DNA of 61,901 bases from Myxococcota bacterium (GTDB lineage Bacteria; Myxococcota_A; UBA9160; UBA4427): contig JAZAOF010000085.1 of the NCBI GenBank assembly GCA_036228265.1, forward strand, positions 1 through 61,901, in the 5' to 3' direction. Numbering within the stretch: the stretch's first letter is position 1; each line of letters starts with the position of its first letter. Below are positions 50,653-58,373 of the stretch, in pieces. The notes beneath the pieces are model-generated. The model saw only the letters and a program-made list of their open reading frames with translations. It did not search any database and was not told the origin of the DNA. The position numbers and the translations under genes are program-made.

Positions 50653-52263
50653 TCAGGACGAGCGCCGGGCGGTTCGTTTCGCTCGACTGGAGCGCTGCGG
50701 CTTCCGGGGGGCCATGGCGTTGAGCATCTTCTCGGTGGCGACGATCGCGGAAGCGAGTTGGTCCGAGTCCACACCGATTGTCGAGAAGGTTTCCTCGCCG
50801 GCCAGGGTGGGCCGGGCATCCCCTTCGGGTCGCCAGGTGATCGTCGTTTCGACCAATGCGCCGGTGCGGCCGCCGGGCGGGATGCGAACGCGAAAATCGT
50901 GGAGTCGAGGCACCGGGATATCGAGCCCCCGGGCCGCCTTTCGGGTGGCGTTCATGAAGGCATCGTAACCGCCGTCTCCGCCCGCCTTGGCTTCGCGGGA
51001 TTCTCCTCGAAAGGACAACGTGACGTGGGCCTGGGGCGGCTGATCGTTTCCGACGGAAACGCTGTAGCTCTCCACCCGGACCAGTTGCTCGCGCGGGGTC
51101 TTGAGGACATCGGCAATCAGGAAGGGCAGGTCTTCCGGGGTCACCGTGTGCTTCCGGTCGCCGAGTTCGACGATGCGAGCGAGTACGAGGGCATGCTGGG
51201 CCGCCGAGAGGTCAATCCCCAGGGTTTTCAGGTTGTGGTCGAGCGACGCCTTTCCGGCCATCTTTCCGAGGGCGTAGCGCCGGGCACGCCCGAATCGGGA
51301 GGGGGCCAGCTTGTTCGCATAGAGGTCCGCCTTGGCGTCTCCATCGGCGTGGATGCCCGCGGTCTGGGTAAAGACATCGCGACCGACGATCGGTGCATTG
51401 CCGGAGATTTCTTTTCCACTGAACCGTTCGACCAGTCGAGAGAGCGCGGTCAACCGAGCCTCCGCCACGGTCGTTCGGCATTCGGTGTGGTCGTGGATGG
51501 CCGCGACCACCTCGGCCAGGCGAGTGTTTCCGGCGCGTTCCCCCAGGCCGTTTACGCTGGTGTGGACCCCCCGCGCACCGGCGCCGATAGCCGCGAGACA
51601 GTTGGCGGTGGCCAGGTTGTAATCGTTGTGAGAGTGAAATTCGAAATCCACTTCCGGCCACGTCGTCGTCATCAATCCGACCGTTCGAGTCGTGGCTTCC
51701 GGTGAAAGGATTCCGAGCGTATCGGGTATGTAGATTCGGGCGACCCGGAGTTCTCGGAGTAATTGCACCATCGCGTAGACGTAGTCGAAGGAATCCTGGA
51801 CACCGTTCGACCAGTCTTCGAGGTAGACGTTGACCTGCATGCGGCGTCGCCGGGCGTAACGCACCGTTTCTTCGACGGCGGCGCGGTGTTTCTCGGGCGT
51901 GATGCGGAGTTGGGATCGGCAGTGGTGTTCCGAGCCCTTGGTCAGGAGGTTGAGCACCTTGCCGCCCACGTCCGCGATCCAATCGACGGACTTCTTGCCG
52001 TCGCTGTAGCCGAGGATCTCCACGCGTTGGAGACACCCCTCCTTGCGCGCCCAGGCGCAGATCTTTCGGGCCGACTCGCGCTCGCCCTCGGAGACCCGGC
52101 TCGAAGCGATCTCGATACGGTCCACTTCGACGTCGAGAAGCAGAAGCCGCGCGAGTTGGAGCTTCTCGTCCGGCGTGTAGGAGACTTCCGGAGTCTGCTC
52201 GCCATCGCGCAGCGTCGTATCCATGACCGCGATGTGGCGCTGTTCCTGGGTGGTAGGGGTCAT
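50653..52263 (-). CDS. cimA: (R)-citramalate synthase / 2-isopropylmalate synthase family (CimA-type)
   Basis: DTTLRDGEQTPEVSYTPDEKLQLARLLLLDVEVDRIEIASSRVSEGE and HSHNDYNLATAN motifs, plus a C-terminal LeuA-type regulatory domain. ATG 52263. Confidence 0.78.
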   Translation of the reverse strand: MTPTTQEQRHIAVMDTTLRDGEQTPEVSYTPDEKLQLARLLLLDVEVDRIEIASSRVSEGERESARKICAWARKEGCLQRVEILGYSDGKKSVDWIADVGGKVLNLLTKGSEHHCRSQLRITPEKHRAAVEETVRYARRRRMQVNVYLEDWSNGVQDSFDYVYAMVQLLRELRVARIYIPDTLGILSPEATTRTVGLMTTTWPEVDFEFHSHNDYNLATANCLAAIGAGARGVHTSVNGLGERAGNTRLAEVVAAIHDHTECRTTVAEARLTALSRLVERFSGKEISGNAPIVGRDVFTQTAGIHADGDAKADLYANKLAPSRFGRARRYALGKMAGKASLDHNLKTLGIDLSAAQHALVLARIVELGDRKHTVTPEDLPFLIADVLKTPREQLVRVESYSVSVGNDQPPQAHVTLSFRGESREAKAGGDGGYDAFMNATRKAARGLDIPVPRLHDFRVRIPPGGRTGALVETTITWRPEGDARPTLAGEETFSTIGVDSDQLASAIVATEKMLNAMAPRKPQRSSRAKRTARRSS

Positions 52264-52596
52264 CGTGTCTTTCTTCGGCGCGCTCGCCCGTTCTCGCCAC
52301 CGGATCGCGGTGTCTGTCGCCTGGAAACGAGGGTCGCCGCGGGTGCCAGAATCCTGCGGTCGGGGGGATCGGGATCGCCCTGCTACGCAGGACCGGATCC
52401 GGGCCGCAGCCCCGGGATCCCAGCAGCGCACAATCGGGGCTTATTCCCCTCGGTTCTTTGGAGCGTCTGCCGCAATCCCATGAAGTAGAAAGGTACCCCG
52501 CTCCTGGGACCATTGTCGAATGGAGAGGTCATCGCCGGAAGTCCCCAGCAGGTTCGGGTTTTCGAGCGGCGATCCGGTTCGGGATAGACTGCCGCG

Positions 52597-53595
52597 ATGG
52601 CTGACCCTCGAGAAGAATCCGAATCGATCCCGGAAAATGACCGTTCGCGGCAACTCGACGTCGAAAGCGCCGAGGCGGGGTGGCGCGTGGATCGTTTCCT
52701 GTCCGTGCAACTGCCGGCGTCGCGGAGGCGGGTGCGGGAGTTGTTGTCTGCGGGCGCCGTCACGCTGGACGGTTCTCGCGTTGGGTTGGCGGAGAAAGGT
52801 CGAGCCCTGGGAGAGGGCAGCCAGCTCCGCGTGGCCGAGGTCGCGCTCCGATCGGCGGACCAGGTGCTGCCGCAATCCGACCTGGTCTTGCCGGTGATCG
52901 GCGAGGGGCGGGGCTGGATCGCCGTCGACAAGCCTGCGGGGATGGCGGTTCATCCCCTGCGCGGGGGTGAAACCGGGACCGTTCTCAATGCGATCGTGGC
53001 GCGCATTGCCGGGATCCAGGGGTTGGGCGAAGGGGGGCTCCGCAGCGGCGTGGTACACCGCCTGGACGTCGAGACGTCGGGCGTCCTGCTGATCGCGACC
53101 GATGCCGCCCGGTGGGAAGAGTTGCGGCGAGCCTTTCGCGAACACCGGGTAGAAAAGTGCTACCACGCGCTCGTTCACGGGCGATTCGATTGGCCGCCCG
53201 GAAAGCGCCTCGAGGTGGGGTTGCGCGTGGGCCGCCACCGTCCGGCGCGGGTCCGAGTTTCCGATGAGCCTGCGGCCGATCGCGAGGGACCGAATGTATG
53301 GAGGGCCGCCCAGTCGCTCCGCGTGCTCGAACAGTTCGACAGCGCCACGCTCGTCGAGATTCGCCCGGAAACGGGCTTTCTCCACCAGATCCGGGCAACC
53401 CTGGATTTCCTGGGTTACCCGGTGCTGGGGGACTCGATCTATGGCCCCCCGGAGTCCCAGTCTCGAGCGTGTCGCCACATGCTGCACGCCCTGCGCGCTG
53501 AAGCGGGAGAAGTCAGCGCCGAGGCCGCCTACCCACAGGATTTCGCGGCACAGCTCGCCGGCTTGAGAGCGAGCGACCCGCCAGCTTCGGGCTAG
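52597..53595 (+). CDS. RluA family pseudouridine synthase with S4-like N-terminus
   Basis: VDKPAGMAVHP, HRLDVETSGVLLIA and GFLHQIRATL motifs. Confidence 0.85.
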   Translation: MADPREESESIPENDRSRQLDVESAEAGWRVDRFLSVQLPASRRRVRELLSAGAVTLDGSRVGLAEKGRALGEGSQLRVAEVALRSADQVLPQSDLVLPVIGEGRGWIAVDKPAGMAVHPLRGGETGTVLNAIVARIAGIQGLGEGGLRSGVVHRLDVETSGVLLIATDAARWEELRRAFREHRVEKCYHALVHGRFDWPPGKRLEVGLRVGRHRPARVRVSDEPAADREGPNVWRAAQSLRVLEQFDSATLVEIRPETGFLHQIRATLDFLGYPVLGDSIYGPPESQSRACRHMLHALRAEAGEVSAEAAYPQDFAAQLAGLRASDPPASG

Positions 53596-53605
53596 ATTCC
53601 GGACC

Positions 53606-54148
53606 ATGCGAATCCTCATCGTTGTTGCATCGCAGACCGGGCGAACCCTTCGCATGGCCGAAGCCATCGCCGAGGGGGCCCGAGAGATCGGTGCCGAGGT
53701 GACGGTTCGATCGAGCGAGGAAGCGCTGGCCAGTGAAGGCTCGGATTCCGACGCACTGATCCTGGGGTCGGGTGTTCACATGGGCGGCATCGAAGCGTCG
53801 ATGCGGCTCTTTCTCGAGAAGACCTCGGTGCATTGGATGGGGGGGGATTGGATCGGCAAAGTTGGAGCGGCTTTCGTGAGTGCCGGAGTCGGAGGCCGCG
53901 GCGGAGCCGAGTTGGCCCTGGTATCGCTTCTCTCGACCCTCGCCGAGCACGGAATGGTACTTGTGCCGATGTCGAACCGGGTGCAGGGTTTTCTCCAAGG
54001 GGGATCCCATTGGGGCCCGGTGGCCTGGACGAGCCCGCGCGACGGAGTTCCGGGGCCGACTCCGGAGCATCTCGTGGCGGCCCGGGCTTTCGGTCGCCAC
54101 GTGGCCGAATGCACCGCACGCTGGCTCCGCGGCGCCGAAGACGCCTAG
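53606..54148 (+). CDS. flavodoxin-like fold protein (WrbA-type NAD(P)H:quinone oxidoreductase-like)
   Basis: MRILIVVASQTGRTLRMAEAIAEG and ILGSGVHMGG motifs. Confidence 0.7.
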   Translation: MRILIVVASQTGRTLRMAEAIAEGAREIGAEVTVRSSEEALASEGSDSDALILGSGVHMGGIEASMRLFLEKTSVHWMGGDWIGKVGAAFVSAGVGGRGGAELALVSLLSTLAEHGMVLVPMSNRVQGFLQGGSHWGPVAWTSPRDGVPGPTPEHLVAARAFGRHVAECTARWLRGAEDA

Positions 54149-54468
54149 CGCGAGGCCTTCATCTGGAGTTGGGTCGCCACGGCGGCGGCTTTCTCCGCGT
54201 CTTCGATCCGCCCCTGTTGCTGGTAGAGACGAGACAGGTTGGTGTGGCTGAGCGGGTCGTCGGGCTCGATCTCGACCAGCCTCTCGGCCGCTTCGACCGC
54301 GGCCGCCAGATCACCCGATTGGGCCAGGGCCATCGATAAGCCGTTCCATGCGAGTCCAAGGGTGGAGTCGAGTTCGACGGCCTCTCGGTAGAGGCGAATG
54401 GCTGAGGGAAAGTCCTTATTCGCGAAGTGGCCGAAGGCTTCTCGGGCGATGGCTCGGGCATTACTCAT
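54145..54468 (-). CDS. small TPR-repeat protein (107 aa)
   Basis: ATG 54468. Three TPR-like units (FPSAIRLYREAVELDSTLGLAWNGLSMALAQSGDLAAAVEAAERLVEIEPDDPLSHTNLSRLYQQQGRIEDAEK). Confidence 0.7.
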   Translation of the reverse strand: MSNARAIAREAFGHFANKDFPSAIRLYREAVELDSTLGLAWNGLSMALAQSGDLAAAVEAAERLVEIEPDDPLSHTNLSRLYQQQGRIEDAEKAAAVATQLQMKASR

Positions 54469-54719
54469 GACGCGACAGGGTAGGTGCTTTTCACGGTAAA
54501 AAGGTCGTGCACAAGCGTGTGCGTCCTCAAAACGGGTTGCGAAAATTGGTGCGATTGCTTTGCAACGGTCGCGTTTCCGGTTTGCTTCCGGACTGCAGAA
54601 AAAAACACCGGGAAAAACATGGGGCAAAAAAACATCAGTTCCGGAAGAATCGCCTTGATCGGGGCAACAAATTCTCCATAACACTGTGATAGGGAACCTT
54701 TTCTAGTGGAATACGTCAT
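54465..54719 (-). CDS. candidate small membrane protein (84 aa), low confidence
   Basis: An ORF inside the AT-rich tract whose TGA overlaps the TPR gene ATG (ATGA at 54465-54468). One hydrophobic segment (ILPELMFFCPMFFPVFFSAV). No Shine-Dalgarno upstream of ATG 54719. Confidence 0.3.
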   Translation of the reverse strand: MTYSTRKGSLSQCYGEFVAPIKAILPELMFFCPMFFPVFFSAVRKQTGNATVAKQSHQFSQPVLRTHTLVHDLFTVKSTYPVAS

Positions 54720-55049
54720 ACGAGTGAGAGTATTTTTATTGAAGTCCGTCTAGTAATTTTATTTTTATTTTGGTCGGTGTGAATGCAGTCTTCAAGAATC
54801 ATTGAGCGAGGTGGTCGGTGTCCCGTGAATTTCACGCACTTTTTCCCGGTTCTTCCGTACGGGAAAACCCTTTTGTTTTCAAAGATCTTGGTATGAACAC
54901 GCAGGGCATATACGTAGGACTACCGATCCAAAGGGCGGAGACTAAGTAGAAGTAACGATTACTAGGAGGTTTTCCAGCAACTAAGGTGAGCATGAAAACA
55001 CTCCTAGTCCCTATAGAAACATAGGGCTTACCCTCAGGGGGAATTAGAA
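54469..55049. other. 581-bp AT-rich, repeat- and hairpin-rich non-coding tract between the TPR gene and the NarL-type regulator
   Basis: Composition differs sharply from the rest of the window (19 G+C in the 60 nt 54721-54780, by hand count). See findings for the repeats and palindromes. Confidence 0.8.
54771..54821. repeat. direct repeat TGGTCGGTGT x2 (54771-54780 and 54812-54821), 41-bp spacing
   Basis: Exact 10-mer seen twice, each followed shortly by GAAT. The palindrome CGTGAA-T-TTCACG follows immediately at 54824-54836. Confidence 0.7.
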
Positions 55050-55691
55050 ATGACAAGCGTAATCGTTGTAGATGATCACCAGATCGTGCGAGAAGGCATC
55101 GTCAAGCTTCTCGAAGATAGGCCCGAGTTCCAGGTCGTGGGCCAGGCCAGCGACGGAGAGGAGGCCGTCCAGGCGGTCCTCGACAAGCAACCCGACGTCG
55201 TGGTGATGGACATCCGGCTGCCCCGGCTCTCGGGCATCGACGCGACGCGCCGGATTCTCAAGAGGGGCTCCGATACGAAGGTGCTGATGCTGTCTGCCCA
55301 CGACGGTCGGAACTACGTCGAGCAGGCTCTCCGCGCCGGGGCTTCGGGTTACCTCGTGAAGAACAGTTCCTTCGAGGAGCTGGTGGGCGCGATTGCCGCG
55401 GTCCAGACCGGGGCTTCCTACCTCTCTCCCGCGGTGACGCGGCAGGTCGTGGACGCGATTGCCCGGCCGGGAGAGACCTCGCCGTCCGGAGCGGCGATGC
55501 TGACCGATCGCGAGCGAGAAGTGCTCCAACTCATTGCAGAAGGCATGTCGAGCAAGGAGATCGCCCCGGTTCTCGGTGTCTCTCTCAAGACGGTGGACTC
55601 TCACCGGTCGAACCTCATGGACAAGCTGGATATCCACAAGGTTTCGGGCCTCGTGCGGTTCGCCATTCGCATGGGCCTGGTCGAAGCCTGA
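55050..55691 (+). CDS. NarL/FixJ (LuxR-type HTH) family response regulator, no cognate kinase adjacent
   Basis: Receiver VIVVDDH...VVVMDIRLP...LMLSAH...YLVK. C-terminal LTDREREVLQLIAEGMSSKEIAPVLGVSLKTVDSHRSNLMDKL. Confidence 0.92.
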   Translation: MTSVIVVDDHQIVREGIVKLLEDRPEFQVVGQASDGEEAVQAVLDKQPDVVVMDIRLPRLSGIDATRRILKRGSDTKVLMLSAHDGRNYVEQALRAGASGYLVKNSSFEELVGAIAAVQTGASYLSPAVTRQVVDAIARPGETSPSGAAMLTDREREVLQLIAEGMSSKEIAPVLGVSLKTVDSHRSNLMDKLDIHKVSGLVRFAIRMGLVEA

Positions 55692-55780
55692 GGCGGGTTC
55701 GGATCCCGGGGCGAAGCCGCCCCGGGTCTTTTCGCCAGATCGGGTAGGCTTGGGGCTCTCGCTCCCAGGAGGGCTGCCCC

Positions 55781-56989
55781 ATGCGAACCTGGATTCGTGA
55801 CGTCTTCCGCGGGCGTCCGCTCTGGATGAATGTCTTGATGGTCTTTTGCGCGTACATGGCTTTCGTGTACGTGCCCTGGGACCTGTTCGTGAAGCCCGTG
55901 GCGCGAGACCAGGAGGTCTGGTTCGGAGTTCTCTTCACCGGCTGGACCGCCAAGGCCCTGGCGCTGCCCCATTGGCTCGTGTACCTGGCTGGGGCTTACG
56001 GCTTTCGGCGACGCCGACCGTGGATGGCAATCTGGGCCCCTCTCTATAGTGCCCAGGTCGCGATTGCGATGGCGGTATGGGCGGTTCTTTCACTGGGGGG
56101 ATGGACCGGTTGGTTCGTGGGGATTCTTTCGGCGGCTCCCTTCGTGCTTCTGACCCTTGCGCTCTGGAATGCCCGCGACTTCTTCCGGTCGGAGGGCGCG
56201 AGCCTGCGCCAGCGCTATGGAGAGTGGGCGCTCGTGACCGGCGCGTCGTCGGGCATCGGGGAAGCTTTTGCTCGATCGCTGGCCCGGCAGGGGATCTCTT
56301 GCGTCCTCACGGCTCGTCGCGGGGAGCGGCTCGAGCGGTTGGCCGCGGAACTCGAGGAACGCAACGGCGTGGAGACCCGGGTCGTTGCGATCGATCTGGC
56401 CGCTGGTGGTGGGGTAGAGACCCTTGTCGAGTCCGTGGCCGATCTCGATATCGCGTTTCTTGTCAACAACGCGGGCATGGGCTGCGCCGGGCGGTTTGAC
56501 AAGCGAGATTCGGCTGCCCTCGACCAACTGGTTCAGCTCAACTGCGCCGCCCCCCTGGCACTCGCAAGTCGGCTGATTCCGCTCATGCGAGAGCGCGGAA
56601 GGGGAGCCATGGTCGTGGTCGGATCGATTGCCGGTCGCCAGCCGCTGGCCCTGCACGCCGTCTACGCGGCGACCAAGGCCTTCGACCTGTTTCTCGGCGA
56701 AGCGCTGTACGTGGAAATGAAGGAGCACGGCGTCGATGTCCTCGTCGTCGAGCCTGGAACGACGGAGACCGAGTTCCAGGAGGTCGCCGGTGAATCGCCG
56801 CACCCCGGTGAATCTCCTGACCGGGTCGTCGAGGTGTCCCTGCGGGCGCTCGGCGAGCAGCCATCGGTGATCGTGGGCTGGTTCGACTGGCTTCGCGCCA
56901 ATCTCGCCACCCGTTTCGTTCCCCGCGCACTCACCGCCCAGGTCACTCGCGATGTCATGGCGGCCCGGATGCCCAGCGATCTCCATTAG
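55781..56989 (+). CDS. membrane-anchored SDR family oxidoreductase (N-terminal ~140-aa multi-TM domain + SDR domain)
   Basis: About four hydrophobic helices in the N-terminus. Then VTGASSGIGEA, NNAGMG and YAATKAFDLFLGEAL (YxxxK). Confidence 0.8.
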   Translation: MRTWIRDVFRGRPLWMNVLMVFCAYMAFVYVPWDLFVKPVARDQEVWFGVLFTGWTAKALALPHWLVYLAGAYGFRRRRPWMAIWAPLYSAQVAIAMAVWAVLSLGGWTGWFVGILSAAPFVLLTLALWNARDFFRSEGASLRQRYGEWALVTGASSGIGEAFARSLARQGISCVLTARRGERLERLAAELEERNGVETRVVAIDLAAGGGVETLVESVADLDIAFLVNNAGMGCAGRFDKRDSAALDQLVQLNCAAPLALASRLIPLMRERGRGAMVVVGSIAGRQPLALHAVYAATKAFDLFLGEALYVEMKEHGVDVLVVEPGTTETEFQEVAGESPHPGESPDRVVEVSLRALGEQPSVIVGWFDWLRANLATRFVPRALTAQVTRDVMAARMPSDLH

Positions 56990-57924
56990 CGCGCCTGGAA
57001 GAGGTCCCCTTCCAACGCATCGACGCGACCCGACCGCACGAGGCGGTCGATATGCATCCCCATGCTGCGCCGTTCCACGGGCTCGGCAAAGGGGACGGGG
57101 TCGTGCGGGCGGTAGACGAAACGGTGCTCGGCGACCTCGTCGAGGTTCTTCGGAGTTTCCAGGAACTCGAGCAACCGCCTCTCGCGGTCTTGGATCACGC
57201 CGGCGAAGCGATCGAGTCGCTCCAGGAAGGCTTCCCGGGAGTCCAGCACGCCAATGTGGTGGAAGGTCGCGTAGAAGTCCGCATCGACTTCGCGCACGCG
57301 TTCGAGGCTCCGCTCGAAATCTTCGAGGTCCGACCACGCGTCGCCGTAGTAGGGGCCGAAGCTGGAGAGGTCGATGTCGCCCAGGTAGAGAAGGCTTCCG
57401 CTATCCCAGTCGACACGAAAACAGCAGTGACCCCGCGTGTGGCCCGGGGTGTGAAGTACCTGGATCGCGACGCCGCCCAGGTCGAAGACATCGCCGTCCT
57501 CGAAGCCATGGGCATCGGGGCGACCGACAAAGTGGAATTCCTTGACAGCGACCTCTCGGAAGCCTTGGTCCACCGGACCCGAAAAACCGTAGATCGACAT
57601 GAAGTCGTCGAGGGAAAGGATCCCCGGTCGGTCCTGGTGGTGGAGATGACAGGAGGCCTCCGGGTAGAGGTGGACGCCGGCGAGATGGTCCTCGTGGCAG
57701 TGGCTCAGGAGAATTCGGTCGGCCGGGGGTGAGGGCGTTCCTCGGGCCACCATCCCGAGGGACGGGTCGATCACGACGGTTTCCGCTTCGCCGCGAACCA
57801 GGAGCGAGTTGCCATGGGGGTATTTTCCGCCGTCACGGCCAAAAAGCACCGTGACCGGGCCCATCGTCCGTTCGGGCCACGAAGCGGGGTCTTGAGAAGC
57901 CATACCTTGACTATACTGGCTCAT
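56986..57924 (-). CDS. MBL-fold metallo-hydrolase
   Basis: SHCHEDHLAG (HxHxDH) and HTPGHTRGH motifs. Start is ATG 57924 or 57903; the rest of ORF 56986-58530 is upstream read-through. Confidence 0.8.
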   Translation of the reverse strand: MSQYSQGMASQDPASWPERTMGPVTVLFGRDGGKYPHGNSLLVRGEAETVVIDPSLGMVARGTPSPPADRILLSHCHEDHLAGVHLYPEASCHLHHQDRPGILSLDDFMSIYGFSGPVDQGFREVAVKEFHFVGRPDAHGFEDGDVFDLGGVAIQVLHTPGHTRGHCCFRVDWDSGSLLYLGDIDLSSFGPYYGDAWSDLEDFERSLERVREVDADFYATFHHIGVLDSREAFLERLDRFAGVIQDRERRLLEFLETPKNLDEVAEHRFVYRPHDPVPFAEPVERRSMGMHIDRLVRSGRVDALEGDLFQAR

Positions 57925-57942
57925 CTCCGAAGAAAGGACATC

Positions 57943-58365
57943 GTGGCGCGCAGTTTTTGGCTGGTGAAATCCGAGCCGTTTAAATACTCCTGGGACAACC
58001 TGGTGGCCGACGGTTCGACCTACTGGGACGGCGTGCGCAACTACATGGCGCGCAACAACCTCCAGGCCATGAAGAAAGGCGACCTGGCGCTCTATTACCA
58101 TTCCAACGAGGGCAAGGAAGTCGTGGGCGTGGCGCGAGTAACACGGGAGTTCTACCCCGACCCCACTACCGACGACGAACGCTGGGTGGTGGTCGATTTC
58201 GAACCGGTCAAGCCCTTGAAGGAGCCCGTGGGCCTTGCCCAGATTCGGGAGGACCCGGAGCTGCGTGACATTGCAATGCTTCGCTACAACCGGCTTTCGG
58301 TGGTGCCGATTGCGCCTCCCGAGTTTCGCAGGATCCTGAAACTCGGGAAAACGAGCGTGCGCTGA
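57943..58365 (+). CDS. EVE (PUA-like) domain protein
   Basis: GTG 57943 gives ARSFWLVKSEPFKYSWDNLVADGSTYWDGVRNYMARNNLQAMKKGDLALYYHS..., typical of EVE-domain proteins. Confidence 0.85.
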   Translation: MARSFWLVKSEPFKYSWDNLVADGSTYWDGVRNYMARNNLQAMKKGDLALYYHSNEGKEVVGVARVTREFYPDPTTDDERWVVVDFEPVKPLKEPVGLAQIREDPELRDIAMLRYNRLSVVPIAPPEFRRILKLGKTSVR

Positions 58366-58373
58366 CGTAACGG

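Noticed and set aside
54547-54564. Sigma-54-like promoter TGGTGC-N-TTGC in the AT-rich tract.
   Set aside because: The GG-to-GC spacing is 9 or 14 nt, not the required 12, so it does not fit the -24/-12 consensus.
54841-54880. Hairpin TTTTCCCG-(11 nt)-CGGGAAAA followed by CCCTTTTGTTTTC, as an intrinsic terminator.
   Set aside because: The GC core is only 4 bp. The T-run is separated from the stem by AAAACCC. No upstream plus-strand gene needs terminating here. It is kept only as a structural element within the AT-rich tract finding.
54469-55049. The AT-rich tract as the chromosomal replication origin (oriC).
   Set aside because: There are no good DnaA boxes. The best match to TTATCCACA is TTCTCCATA at about 54672-54680, with two mismatches. 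There are no clustered boxes, and no dnaA/dnaN or other origin-linked genes nearby.
54832-55056. 74-aa minus-strand ORF overlapping the start and ribosome-binding site of the response-regulator gene. Also the plus-strand 65-aa (Cys-rich) and 60-aa (very basic) ORFs at 54484-54689.
   Set aside because: They have no ribosome-binding sites. They are mutually overlapping frames in the same DNA, with no family resemblance. They are more likely chance ORFs.
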